Positions 1-11,757 of a stretch of DNA of 64,000 nucleotides are shown here, in pieces. Position 1 is the first letter of the stretch; each line of letters starts with the position of its first letter. The notes beneath the pieces are model-generated. The model worked only from the letters and a program-made list of their open reading frames with translations, was not told the DNA's origin and did not search any database. The position numbers and the translations under genes were made by a program. Source of the stretch: Epithemia pelagica (taxonomy: Eukaryota; Protista; Bacillariophyta); NCBI GenBank assembly GCA_946965045.2, contig OX337230.1, positions 3,844,001-3,908,000 on the forward strand, in the 5' to 3' direction.

Positions 1-62
1 AACAGGAAATATTTTCTACATAGGCGCGCGAGTCCATGTCACACCTGCACAGGCATCGCCTA

Positions 63-640
63 CAAGCTGGTTCACGTTGCGCAGTGCATGAGTATATTAG
101 TGTATAGGACTGTACTGGAAAAAAATCGTACATAAAATTCTATAGTGATTTTCCGCAGCACAGCACCCATGACAATGACAATGACAATGGGACGTCCCTA
201 TGTTTGGGCAAATACGATGCCATTCATGGCCGCAAGCACAAGAACTGCTGCAACTAATATACGAAGTAGGTTTAATTTGTTTCTATGGGCACAGCTAAGG
301 AGATGGAGAATGATTGTCCACGATGCTCAGCAGTGGAAATACGTTCACTCCTTGTGGAGACTGAACTACAGGTCGAGATGCGCGACACCCCTATGATTTC
401 CTACTACTTTTATATCTATCCTATCGATTAGGTTGGGTGGTGCTTCGCATCTCGGCTGGTGAATGGCCATTGTCGCATGAAGCGGTCACTTGTCGTTATT
501 GCATTTTGCATTTTACGCGACAAAATGTGAGGAGCATGAAAAAGTAACTGGTTCGAAACGCTGGGGTACTGTAGGCTGAAGTGTAGTATACAATTTCCCA
601 CTCTGAAAAACTCATGCACTTCGCAACGTGAACCAGCTTG
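63..640. mobile_element. Non-autonomous Tc1/mariner-type element (MITE, 578 bp); internal-deletion relative of the element at 9815-16786
   Basis: 31-bp TIRs at 63-93 (CAAGCTGGTTCACGTTGCGCAGTGCATGAGT) and 610-640, with TA at 61-62 and 641-642. The left interior aligns by eye with 9846-10000 and the right interior with ~16480-16786. Confidence 0.92.
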
Positions 641-724
641 TAAGGCACGTGTTGCCAGGAAAAACCAAGCACCTAAAGCTCGTATTGCCGAATTTGTCTG
701 TTGCCAACACCGACCAAAACCACC

Positions 725-1651
725 ATGGAGAAGGGCCCGTCGTCGACAGATCTGGACGACTGGATTGAGAGATTATCGAAAGGCATTGTTCTCTCCGAAA
801 ATGAGGTCCTTCTACTCACCAAAATGGCCTGCGATATCTTGAGAAAGGAATCAAACGTGGCGATGGTCGAGGCTCCGGTCACCGTCGTAGGGGACATTCA
901 TGGCCAGTGGCACGATCTCATGGAACTCTTTTGCATCGGAGGCGCGGTGCCAGAAACCAACTACCTGTTTTTGGGAGACTTTGTCGATCGGGGGTCTTAC
1001 AGCGTCGAAACCGTGAGCATGGTGGTCGCCCTCAAAGTGCGGTACCCGCACCGCGTGCACATGATCCGCGGCAACCACGAGAGCCGACAGATCACGCAGG
1101 TATACGGCTTTTACGACGAATGCTTGCGCAAATACGCCTCCCCCAGCGTGTGGCGATGCTTTACGGATCTCTTTGATTACCTCCCGCTCAGCGCCCTCGT
1201 GGCAAACTCCATTTTTTGCCCCCATGCGGGCTTGTCCCCCAGCATTGATACGCTGGACAACATTCGTGAATTGGATCGCGTCCAGGAGGTCCCACACGAG
1301 GGACCGATTTGTGATTTGTTGTGGTCCGATCCGGACGATCGCAGTGGTTGGGGAATCTCCCCTCGGGGAGCCGGCTACACCTTTGGCCAAGACATTACGG
1401 AGTGCTTCAACCAAGTCAACGGAACCAGAGCCATTGCGCGGGCCCATCAACTCATCATGGAGGGTTATCAATGGATGCACAATCGTCAGCTCGTAACGGT
1501 CTTTAGTGCGCCAAACTATTGCTACCGGTGTGGTAATCAAGCGGCGATTATGGAAGTGGATGAACACATGAATCAAGTATTTCAACAGTATGACCCGGCA
1601 CCTAGCCAAGGGGAGCCGCACAAGCGAGGTACTCCGGATTATTTCTTGTAG
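725..1651 (+). CDS. Ser/Thr protein phosphatase catalytic subunit, PP2A/PP4/PP6 family (closest in motifs to PP2A-C); intronless
   Basis: GDIHG, GDFVDRG, RGNHE and [11 protein letters not shown] motifs and a C-terminal TPDYFL. First ATG is at 725; the ORF track starts at an upstream TTG. Confidence 0.95.
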   Translation: MEKGPSSTDLDDWIERLSKGIVLSENEVLLLTKMACDILRKESNVAMVEAPVTVVGDIHGQWHDLMELFCIGGAVPETNYLFLGDFVDRGSYSVETVSMVVALKVRYPHRVHMIRGNHESRQITQVYGFYDECLRKYASPSVWRCFTDLFDYLPLSALVANSIFCPHAGLSPSIDTLDNIRELDRVQEVPHEGPICDLLWSDPDDRSGWGISPRGAGYTFGQDITECFNQVNGTRAIARAHQLIMEGYQWMHNRQLVTVFSAPNYCYRCGNQAAIMEVDEHMNQVFQQYDPAPSQGEPHKRGTPDYFL

Positions 1652-2971
1652 AATAATACCACATTCCATTCAATACCACCACCTATACACACACGACAGT
1701 TTAAAACTTGTAGCCGATAAATTTTTAAGGCACCAGTTTTTCCTCCCGACAAGAGTCACACCTCTCTGCCAGGAACGGAGAGAAGTAGAACGGAGATGAT
1801 TCTTGCTTGTCGGGGCGGTTGTGTTAGCCATAGCTAGAAGCAGCTGTGAAAAATTGTGTTTCAGGAAAAAGAACTCAGATCAATGATTGAGCAAGGGTTG
1901 CTGTCTCTTTTTCTTTCCAAAGATGATGCTGGGAACTCCGGAAAGCTGGGAGCTCCGGAAAGTTGTTATCCGTGGTGTGGATCCATTGTCAACAATCCTT
2001 GGCACGGCAAGATGTCTTGTGTTACTCCGGTCATCGTGCCTTTGCTCTGTTTCATGCAACGTGCGATAGATGCGATTGAGGATGAGTCATATGTGGGCGT
2101 GGTCGGATGGGAGGGATCAATAGATAGTTTGTGATCCTTCGTGTTCCCATTGTGGCTGTCCTTCAGTTGCCTATCTACGATAGGCATGCTTTTTTCGCGT
2201 GTCACTTGCTTGCTAAGGAAATGCCCAGAAATCAGCGGACCATCGTCATATGGTACTCCTAGGAGTACTTTGATGAGGTCTATGGTGTGATGACGGAAGA
2301 TGACGTAGTGTCAACAATAGCGTTAAGGCTACTGTGGCTGATCCTTTGCTATGAATGCTACAAGCTGAGTTCAGACAGAATGTTCCTGTCGTAGCGCTCC
2401 AGTAGGAAATCTACGTAATACGCGCCAGCCATCTTTGTTAATATAGCCCTCATAATTATGCCTCTGTTGTGCAAAGTGCTTCCGAAACTCGACAATCTCG
2501 CGTTCCCCCAGAAAAACTTCGTTTTGTACGAGACTATCGTGCGTGGGGTGCATCCGATGATCGTGTTGTTGTGGATGATGCCAACCGTTTGAGCTGTTGC
2601 CCCATTGGTGGTGGTCGAATAACACCCTAAGGCACCTGGATGCAGCTCGGCAACATCTCGAACGGATGGGGTGGCCCTCCACCATGGTCAACACAGTCGA
2701 CTGTTTTTTCGTAATTTTTGATGAAAATCTAGCGTTCGGAAGAAATCACACATTACACTAAAGTTAATAAAATATTTATTTCAGCCACTAGGAAGTCGCT
2801 AGTCGGACGCTAATAACGCAGAACGCTTTCCAGGATTACTCCTCTGGTACAAATTCTACAGGAGTCTACGACAGGAACACACTCCCTGAACTCAGCTTGT
2901 ATGTATAATAGAAGTGGGGCTATGTACTCCTAGCTTTGGATCATTTTTGACGCTCACTCCAAATGCTAATA

Positions 2972-3541
2972 CTCCCTCCTGAAAGAAAATACTTCACGTT
3001 TTTTTTGGGTTATTTTAGTCGCATAAAAAGATTACGTAGGATCTGGTACAACTCTACAGGAGGACGGCCGGCTCATTCGGAGTATAAAAATTTTAGAATA
3101 ATATGGGGGAACATATTGGTTGACATGCGCGAGTCTACACTATTATAGGAAAAGTACAACTTTTGTGTGCGACGAGTGAGCAGAACCATGGCCAAAGGTG
3201 CCGTCGTTGACCATGGAATTCAGCATGGAAATGGCACGAATCTTGTCAGTTGCACGCATATTCCTACTCTTTGATGCCTCGAGGGGCCGCCCTGAAGAGG
3301 ACGTGTTTGGAGCCGCCATAGAAGTGTCAACCGGTGGGCTCTGAAGACCGATGCTCAAAATCACGCCTTTTGAACAATCGTATCTCGTTCCAAAGCAAGA
3401 ATCGAACATATAAATAATACACCAATATAGAGCTAATAAGTAGGGCTTTCTAACAAAAAAATTTTTATGGAAAAAGGACGTTCGCTCGTGAAAATATCGC
3501 TTTTTTGGTAAAATCGTGAAGTATTTTCTTTCAGGAGGGAG
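2972..3541 (-). mobile_element. Stowaway-like non-autonomous mariner derivative (570 bp)
   Basis: Perfect 27-bp TIRs CTCCCTCCTGAAAGAAAATACTTCACG at 2972-2998 and 3515-3541, with TA at 2970-2971 and 3542-3543. The minus-strand interior encodes RNMRATDKIRAISMLNSMVNDGTFGHGS, which resembles the N-terminus of plant/oomycete-type mariner transposases (from recall). Confidence 0.88.
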
Positions 3542-3552
3542 TACCTCCTACC

Positions 3553-4779
3553 ATGAAGATTCACCGTCTCGTTTCTTCCCTCTTCCTGCGGTGGTTGTTT
3601 TGCCTTGGTAGTCCTGGGCATTTTTCTCATATAAGCGCCATCGACCCTCCAATCTTTTATGGATTTGCTCCGTCGTGGCAAACCAACGCACACTTGTATC
3701 ATTGGGATTGGTTGACACACATTTGCTTGTTTAATTTGGGCAAGCCACTTCCAGGGATTTCGAATGCCACGCTGGAGGCTGCTCAAAGCTGGGTCCACCA
3801 TGCCCATGAACACAAGGTACACGTGGAGGTTCCGGGCTTTTTTGCCATATCCGACTTGACAAATCAAACACGACGAGACGAATGGATTTTGGATCGGATT
3901 GCCTTGATCCAAACAATTCAAGCGGATGGATTGAATTTGGATTTGGAAGGTCCCATTCACAACTCACAAGATCGACGGCTTTTAACGGAATTTGTCCAAC
4001 AGGTTCGTCAGACTTTGCCTTCTCAGTATTCGCTGTCGTTTGACGGAGCCTGGTCTCCTCGAGGGATCGACCAACGATTTTACGACCTCAATGAGATTGC
4101 CTTGTCGGTGGACTTGATTTTTGTCATGGCCTATGATATGCAATCACAAATCTTTGACACTTCGCGATGCATTGCGCAGGCCAATTCGCCGTACCCTCGT
4201 ATTGTACAGGGCTTGAACGAATACCTGGCCTTGCCCAATGTATCGCCCCAACAATTGGTATTGGGATTGCCCTGGTATGGCTACAATTATCCCTGTGAAT
4301 CTTTTGACGACAATAACACAGTTCCAATCTGTCACATTCGTCCTGTACCATTTCGAGGTGCTCCCTGCAGTGATGCAGCGGGATATCAACAGTGTTTTGC
4401 CACTATTCTGTCCACGGATCTCCCACTGTCTCGTCGCACGGGCGGAGGACCTCACTGGAACAACCAAACCCAATCTCCTTACATGACCTATGTCGACGAA
4501 AAGACAAATGACACGAAGCATCAGTATCATCAAGTACATTATGACAATGCCGTGAGTTTGTCACGCAAGGCTCAAATCGCTGCCGACCTGAAATTGGGTG
4601 GAACGGGTACATGGAACTTGGATTGTGTCGTTCCTCTGGCCACTGTGGAACAACGAGATGCCATGTACGCTGCGACACGTTTCCCATCCACCCTAAAACT
4701 GCACACGTCCAAACACACCGACACCGACTACCATCAGCAGCCCCTCGAATCATGGAATGTCAAAACGATCGACCAATAG
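3553..4779 (+). CDS. GH18 glycoside hydrolase, di-N-acetylchitobiase (CTBS)-like, with signal peptide
   Basis: Catalytic DGLNLDLE motif; FVMAYDMQSQI, LGLPWYGYNYPC and PFRGAPCSDAAG segments typical of CTBS; hydrophobic N-terminus. Confidence 0.9.
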   Translation: MKIHRLVSSLFLRWLFCLGSPGHFSHISAIDPPIFYGFAPSWQTNAHLYHWDWLTHICLFNLGKPLPGISNATLEAAQSWVHHAHEHKVHVEVPGFFAISDLTNQTRRDEWILDRIALIQTIQADGLNLDLEGPIHNSQDRRLLTEFVQQVRQTLPSQYSLSFDGAWSPRGIDQRFYDLNEIALSVDLIFVMAYDMQSQIFDTSRCIAQANSPYPRIVQGLNEYLALPNVSPQQLVLGLPWYGYNYPCESFDDNNTVPICHIRPVPFRGAPCSDAAGYQQCFATILSTDLPLSRRTGGGPHWNNQTQSPYMTYVDEKTNDTKHQYHQVHYDNAVSLSRKAQIAADLKLGGTGTWNLDCVVPLATVEQRDAMYAATRFPSTLKLHTSKHTDTDYHQQPLESWNVKTIDQ

Positions 4780-5014
4780 GGTTGTAATGAAGTGTGTGGG
4801 GTGACACACGACAACAAACAATATGTCACAGTCATGGAAAACAATGCAGGTCACGACTCTCTATGCTGTGGACCAAGCTTTCAGTACAGCTTGTTCCACT
4901 CGTTCCTTGACTGGTGCGGTTCTGCTGCGAGAGAACACATGCTGTTGTTGAGCCTTGATTTGTTTCAAGGCTCCAATTCTTAGCCAGCACAGACAGCGGC
5001 CAAAGACAAAGACA

Positions 5015-5136
5015 GATCATGAAGCATGCTGCAAACACGTCAAACGAGCAAAACACACTAGATGCTACCGTCGATGATCCTGAAGCATGCTGCAAACACG
5101 TCAAACGAGCAAAACACTCTAGACGCTACCGTCGAT
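5015..5136. repeat. 61-bp direct tandem duplication (2 copies)
   Basis: GATC(A/C)TGAAGCATGCTGCAAACACGTCAAACGAGC...TACCGTCGAT at 5015-5075 and 5076-5136, with few mismatches. Confidence 0.9.
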
Positions 5137-5598
5137 CAATATCTTGATCCGTCTATGAACCGCCAACGTGCTTCTTCCGCTCTCATGCTGACACTACCAT
5201 GGGTTCCATTTCGTCCTATCTGTCTAAGTTATTATCTGCTTAACCTCAAGTCCATTGGAACCTGTATTCCTCTGGCTGAAACAAAGAGGGGAGAATGATT
5301 GCGTGCTTCTTTGGCCCCCTTCTACCACAGAATACTACAGGATAGTCCCACATTTCATGTCGTCTCTTCTAGTCGTAGGTCGGAAGCAGCAGCAGCTTCG
5401 GAAAGATGCAATGAAAAGAGAGAGATCTTTCCAAGCTCCTCCATGTCAACACCAGTCACATTTTTTGTCGTACTTATCTGTTTTAAACACAAAGCTAGTC
5501 TCAGAGACTGCAACAAAACGATCCGTCGATAGCACTTTCGTGGAAACGTTGTACAACTACATGGTTTGCAAGTCCTCTGGAGCGCCGAGAACTCTGTT

Positions 5599-6703
5599 TT
5601 ACACATCTTGCAAATCCAGCGTCCGAGCCAATTGAATAATGTCGTCACAAGTCAAGAGAAGATCGTCGACAGCCTGCATGGGTCGGCCAAGTACACGACT
5701 GGCCCAAGCCATCATTTCCTCCAATTGTTCTTGCTGTTGCTCTTCCAAATCGTGGTTGGCCTTTTTTCGCTTTTGGTAGGCGGATATCTTTTCACCGAGC
5801 TTCGGTGGATCGTTGCTACTTGCATCAAACAAGAATTCGGGTGCTACGCGTTGCAAATCCTCCCAGACCAACACTCCCTTGCCGGCTTGGTCCAAATAGA
5901 CAAAGACTTGTTGGGCTAATTGTTGCTGAACCCATGCTTGGCGACAAAAGGCTTGCAATTCATTTGCTTGTTGTGTTGGCTGTTGAGACGATGATGACCG
6001 AGCCTCCCCTTTGGCAGCGGTACGTTTCTTTGGCTTGGTACTAGTATTATCGTCGTCGTCGTCCTTATCCTGGTGACTGGAATCGGACGACAAGACTGTC
6101 AAGCAATCTGACACTTTGGAACAATCCACATGAACCAATTGAAGATGCGATTCCAAACAAGTTTGAAATTGAGCAATCAGTTGACCTGGTACCACCGAGA
6201 ATGGCAAATGGCAAAATTTCATGCCAACAAAGAGAGAGTGCTTTAGTTAGAAACAAACGAGGAGTTTGCGAAACACCCAACAGTTTACAGCCAAAGACTG
6301 GGACACCAATGTACATTTACCTGTGGTCTTGTTGTGACAGTCGTCCAAAAATTCTTGCACGAGTCGATCAATTTTGCGTTGAATGCGAGAGGGAATTTTG
6401 GTCTTGGTGGCAGCCAGTGGTGGTGGTTTTTTTGGGGCTCGTGGACGCTTTCGAGATTTGCTCGTCGTCTTTTCCGTGGGTTGGTCGTCCTTATTCTTGT
6501 CGCTGGAATTGGTTGGCGGTGCTTTTTTCACAGATGCTGCTTCGGAACGAGCAGCTTTGGTCCGTGGCTACATACAGAGCACACTGTGGTGTGAGGGACG
6601 CCTAATGCCGAATCAAAATAACAGCACTTTCGTCCAATGGTCCTTTTAGCCTCTTTTAGGGGCCTTGCTTCTACCCAACAACAACATGCAGAAGACTCAC
6701 CAT
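5599..6703 (-). CDS. Spliced protein with basic N-terminus and degenerate EF-hand/centrin-like C-terminal region; predicted exons 6703-6701, 6567-6321, 6185-5599
   Basis: GT-AG introns join the ORFs in frame (837 nt, starting MPRTKAARSEAAS). FVYLDQAGKGVLVWEDLQRVA resembles a centrin EF-hand. Confidence 0.6.
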
Positions 6704-7030
6704 TCTAACACCAGCCGACTTGCTTGCTTCTTTGAGAATATGAAAGAAACTGAAAGACTGACGGCATCAATGGTGGTGTGGCGAAAACAAAAAATGAGAT
6801 GGGCGAAGTCTATACGCGACCTGTAGTCGCGTGTAGGCCATGGAGGACTACCTATACTACCTTTTTGATCGATCTCATCATGACAACGAGGACTTGGGGA
6901 TGATTCAAATGACCCAGCATGACATGACACTAATCATCAGGGTTGGCCTTTCCCTTTGCTTTGCATTCAACTACGAATCGAAGGATAGTAGCTCGAGGTA
7001 GAGCGCCTACAATACATGTTCTTTCACCTC

Positions 7031-7600
7031 TCTAGTCGTAGACCAATACAAAGATCGATGAGCAGGACGCAAAGGTACAAACAGAAGATGGAGACCGTGT
7101 GCGGGGTGTTTCAACAATGTGGTTGAGGTTTGACATGTAATTATTGACACGATGCAAAAGTGAAACGATTAGCGCTTCTTCTTTCTTTTGTTATCAAAAC
7201 GCAATAGACATAGGAGTGGGGGATAGGGTGGTAATCGGGGAGGACGTGTAGCAGTAGCAGCGGTGATTCGCTCTCCACTTCAAGCGGACCGATCGCCCCT
7301 ATCTAGTCGTAGAGATTCAGAATGGACAGAATGATAATCAGGAAGCCCTGTGGAGTGTTTCTACTCAAGGATTGTTGAGCGACATAGTTGATGTTTCGTG
7401 TTCGGTTGACATGTAATTATTGACAATATGCAAAAGTCTAAGGATAGCCGCTTCTTCGTTCTTTTGTTATCAAAGCACAATAGACGGAGGAGTGGGGGAG
7501 AGAGTGTTGATCGGGGACTTGGATTGAACGAAGGCTACCCAAAACTCGACTTTGCAACAAAGACACCATCTACGGACAGTTCGCCTCTAGTCGTAGAGCG
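7031..7600. repeat. Degenerate ~275-bp tandem repeat (2-3 units)
   Basis: TCTAGTCGTAGA at 7031, 7302 and 7586; TTGACATGTAATTATTGACA at 7130 and 7406, with alignable flanks. Confidence 0.6.
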
Positions 7601-8501
7601 AAACAGGAGTAGACGATCATCTAGGAACAACATCCCAAACTTCCCGAAGCGAGAACTTGGATGCCCCCAACACCAAAGAACTCACACCATTCAAAGTTCC
7701 AAAGTGTGCGGAACAAACCGAAGCCTTCGGACGCTTCACAATCACTGGCGTCCGGGTTGTGGCTAAAGGGTAGGGGATCTATAATCTATTATTGTTGACA
7801 TTGCGGTTGGATAGATGCAACTGGCTACCCCATCGATAAATATTCTAATACCTATCGGTTATGTCAACAAATTATTCTAAAGATCGAGGAGTTGGATAGT
7901 GGGAATGACCTCTCAGGTTTCAGAAAGTATACCCGCTGAACAGTTCGAATTGCATAATCTATCAGCTATCGGCGTCCAGTGTCCACCACGTCTGCGGCTT
8001 CAGCTTCTGAATCGTGGACATTTCAGGTATTCACTGACAGAATCTTTGGGGTAAGTTTTTCGGTGTTCGAGTGTCGTCTTTCTGCTCGATTTAATCCTCA
8101 TTTGGAGTTTGAACCGACGCCGGTCATAATGTCTGTCCGTTGAGTCTTACATTATTTAAAAGGCCCAAAACAGTCCCACGATAGCTCCCCTTTGCTCCCG
8201 TTATGTGCAAGCCCCCAAATAATGACGCACGGAAGTCTCCGTCGATTTTTCTAGCTGAGTCGACTGGTTCACGAGACGAGGCGGGGCGCATCCAGACACG
8301 CGGGGCTACCACTGCCGCCACAGCAACAAACAGCAGCGAGATCAAAATAGCACGACACAATCATATTGTCTTGGAAACAGAACGAGTCTCTACTCTTGAT
8401 GCAAACGAAACAACATTAGCCACAACAGTCTTTTCCAATCAACATAAAACAACACAATTGAAATTTTTGTCACAAAAATTAGACAGAGGAAAACAAACGA
8501 G

Positions 8502-9056
8502 ATGACGCTCACGAAAAGTAATTTCAGTCCGGCCGACATGAGAAGTACGAGTCCCCTTGAAGGCTACAGTTCCAAGCCACTGCAAGTTCCGGTCCGATGC
8601 CAATCGGCTCGTAATGTGTCCTTTTCGAAATTTCCCGTTCCGACCAAGTCATCCTCTGACGGTGGATTGCAACCCACATCGAAACGTCGAAGGTATATGA
8701 GACGTGGCTCCAAATGCCCCAGCATGTTGCTCCTTCTTTCCGCTCGAAATCATTTATCGAATTCCAGTCACGATGCCACGGGCAGTTCACCTGCCATGAT
8801 GGATTCGAATATGCCAATGAATTTGTCGTCCCCTTCCCTGTCATCATCTCCCTGCAAGTCAATGACTACCACACCCTTGGGCAAACCCACGGTTCCGGTA
8901 CGACTGCAACCACGCCGTTTGTCCATGATGACGGCCTTGAAATTATCCTTGGAACGCATCTCGGTCGTGGATCACCCGACTGCTCCGTCCGACCAATTGC
9001 GGAGCACTCCCGAATTGCGACGAAAATCCACCTATGAATTGCTGTCGCAAATATAA
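8502..9056 (+). CDS. Hypothetical Ser/Pro/Arg-rich protein (184 aa)
   Basis: ATG-initiated ORF containing a KRRRYMRRGSKCPSM basic motif; no recognisable domain. Confidence 0.55.
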   Translation: MTLTKSNFSPADMRSTSPLEGYSSKPLQVPVRCQSARNVSFSKFPVPTKSSSDGGLQPTSKRRRYMRRGSKCPSMLLLLSARNHLSNSSHDATGSSPAMMDSNMPMNLSSPSLSSSPCKSMTTTPLGKPTVPVRLQPRRLSMMTALKLSLERISVVDHPTAPSDQLRSTPELRRKSTYELLSQI

Positions 9057-10012
9057 AAACTCCAAACCGGGGAACACACTTGGGAGACGATTGCACAGTG
9101 CGGAATGTTTGTATACTACTATTACTTCTAGATGGATGGAATGACATGTTCGATGGAGCCCCTGTTGAGACTATTAGCCTTGAAAAATATACGATGGAAT
9201 TGAGAAAATCAGTTTCACTCGTTGCATAATCCATAAACTTGTGTATTTTGAAAGTCTTTTTTGTTTCTACTCCTCGATGTGGGCGCTTTAGCCATTGTAT
9301 TCATTTATTCTAGCTAGATCAAATTTTTAGAGGAGTAGTTGATTGCGAATGGTCAAGCTACTCCTCTACCATTGTTTCGTTCCATCATCTATACTTGCAT
9401 CATTTACCATGGTTGGTCCATGGAGACACGGACTGCCATGGCCGCTTTCTTTCTCGAGTACCAAAAGGCAAAAGGCAAGCTTTCTCCCAGAACACCTGCC
9501 CCACAATGGTTGATCCTATTCGGAAACGCCGTCGTTTCGTGTTCTGTTTTCTCACCTTGCAAAGAATATTATTATGGGATGCGAAGACATTGAATGTTGT
9601 AGATCGGAAGGGCGAACAGGAAAAGAAGAGGAGATGATAGATGATAGATGATGTGTATTTCCGAAGGCGGGTGTCTCTGGACAATCTCCAGATGACTTTT
9701 TGAATGTCATGATGTGTTCTCTCTATTCACCATTATTTCCCCTCCATATTGGTGAGGCGGCCAGACCAAACTCGGTCGCGTTTCGTGGACACGTGCTTGG
9801 GAGAGCTTGCTCTACGAGCTGGTTCACGTTGCGGAGTGCATGAGTATATTAGTGTACAAGACTGTACCCGAAAAAAACCAGTACACAAAACTCCACAGTG
9901 GATAATCCGCAGCAACCATGACAATGGGATGGATCGATGTTTGGACAAATACGATGCCATTCCTGGCTACAAACACAACAAGTACTATTGCTAATCGACT
10001 AAGTAGGTTCTA

Positions 10013-10552
10013 TTACGCATCTGCTGTAAAGAACAGGCTCTGGGTAGGGTATTTTGTCGTCATGTAGGCAAGAGCAGTCTTGAGCTCTTCCATGTGGAAG
10101 AGGCTCATGTAGAGGGTGACGACCATTGGGTCCATGCTGCTCTTCGTATCGATCGTGCACCGTGTGTAGAATTGAATGCGGCCCTTCTTCTTGCTGGAGT
10201 CCGTGGGTGAGAGAACTTCCTTCATCACTGTCTTGACAATGAACCCAACTGGCAGCACAAGCAGCGGGTCGGCAAACTCGGACCGCGCTTCCCTCTTGTA
10301 AAATGCCAACCGAAGATAGTCTGTGCTTGTCTCCCGTTGGAGGAGAACATGCCCACGGTCGACAACATTCCGTCCATTTTGTTCTGCGCCGTTGTCGACA
10401 ATGTCTCCAACGAGAACATTGACCCTGTCCGCGTAAAAGCTCGTCCGAAAGTTACATCGACTTCGATCGTCTTCAGAGCCAAACTTGTCCTTGTTGAAAA
10501 AGAACTCGACCTCGTCCTCCATGCCGTTGTTGATTGTTGGTGTTGGTAGCAT
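10013..10552 (-). CDS. Hypothetical protein (179 aa), transposon passenger
   Basis: ATG-initiated ORF with globular-looking composition, inside the TIRs; no recognisable domain. Confidence 0.55.
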   Translation of the reverse strand: MLPTPTINNGMEDEVEFFFNKDKFGSEDDRSRCNFRTSFYADRVNVLVGDIVDNGAEQNGRNVVDRGHVLLQRETSTDYLRLAFYKREARSEFADPLLVLPVGFIVKTVMKEVLSPTDSSKKKGRIQFYTRCTIDTKSSMDPMVVTLYMSLFHMEELKTALAYMTTKYPTQSLFFTADA

Positions 10553-10831
10553 CGTACTCCGAACTCCGCACGTTAGGTTGATTGTTCGATCGATTCAAAG
10601 CAGTGGGTTGTTTCGTGTTTGCATGTTTCGTTTCCGGATGCATCCAAAATGTGGGAGCCACACGGGTTGGTCGGATCTTTACGCGCACCTCTTTCCGTTC
10701 AGCTATCCGTTGATCTAAGTAGGTTGTTTGAGTTTGGTCTTGAGATCGCGAGCAGGTACATTCCACATCCCATTACAAGACACAGCACGATGCTCTCAGT
10801 TGTGTGTTCGTCTCACAAAAAACAAAACAAG

Positions 10832-11757
10832 ATGAGCAACAACAGCCATCGTCGCTACCCAAGTCGCACCCGCACCAAAACACCAAGCTTCCTGGATGAC
10901 ATCCAGGAAGATACTGTTCCTCCACCAGGGAAGACGCCAGGGAAGACACCAGCGAAGACACCAGCGAAGACACCGGGCAAGAAGCTCCCTCCGAAGAAGA
11001 GCTCCACGAAGAAGAACGCAAACAAGAAGCGTCGAACAAAGAAGACGAGTCCGGAGCTCCCCCCACCCCAGTCTCCAGATTTCGTCATTTCCAAGGTGGT
11101 TGAAGGGGAGACTCCAAGAGGAGCAAACGAGGACATAGTGGTATTGATGCCGGTGGCCATCGACGACAAGGCGCAGAGGCTCAAGGATGCATTGAACAAA
11201 GCAACGCAGTGGCATCTCATCCTTGGTGATGAGAATGGAGCCACGACCCTGGTGCTTGGTCGAAACCACCATCATCATTCGGGCAAAGTCTCGATTGCCG
11301 AGATTGTGGAAACGCTTAAGCAGTCTGAGCGTAGCCACAAGCCCAGAAACAATGAAACAATCAACGAAAATGGTAAGTTGATTGTGCCTTTGTAATTGAT
11401 TGGAACGATCGTAGTACTCACCTCATTTTGTTTTCAGGACAAGAGGATGGAATGCTGATGGAGACTCGCACTCCATTGAAGAAGGAGGAGTCCATTGGTG
11501 AGGCGGAGACTGTCATGAAATCCAATGTGGTGGATTGGCAGTACTTGACGCCTGGTGAGAAGCACGCCCAAAAGAGACGTGAGGCCGAGAGGGCTGTGCA
11601 TTTCATGGCTGACAGTTGTGCAAGCCCGAGTCTCTTTCGTGAGGCTGCTTCAACGACGTCGGATGATGACGCCACGTATGACTCTCACGTTGATGATGGA
11701 TTTGAAGATACGCAGGAGGAAAATATGTTTAGTCAGGAGGACTACTACAAGTATTAG
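10832..11757 (+). CDS. Lys-rich protein with KTP(G/A)K repeats and acidic C-terminus (286 aa; exons 10832-11372 and 11438-11757), transposon passenger
   Basis: A 65-nt GTAAGT...TTTTCAG intron joins two ORFs in frame. Sequence includes PGKTPGKTPAKTPAKTPGKK and KKRRTKK. Confidence 0.65.

Noticed and set aside
851-1669. 272-aa minus-strand ORF
   Set aside because: Antisense shadow of the conserved phosphatase CDS with no motifs of its own.
2253-2268. 16-bp perfect palindrome GTACTCCTAGGAGTAC
   Set aside because: Isolated and short, with no associated structure.
2371-2694. 107-aa minus-strand ORF
   Set aside because: No recognisable motif or splice context; cannot be supported as a gene.
8124-8360. 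ORF with a signal-peptide-like start (MCRAILISLL...)
   Set aside because: Begins at TTG immediately after an in-frame TGA; no ATG.
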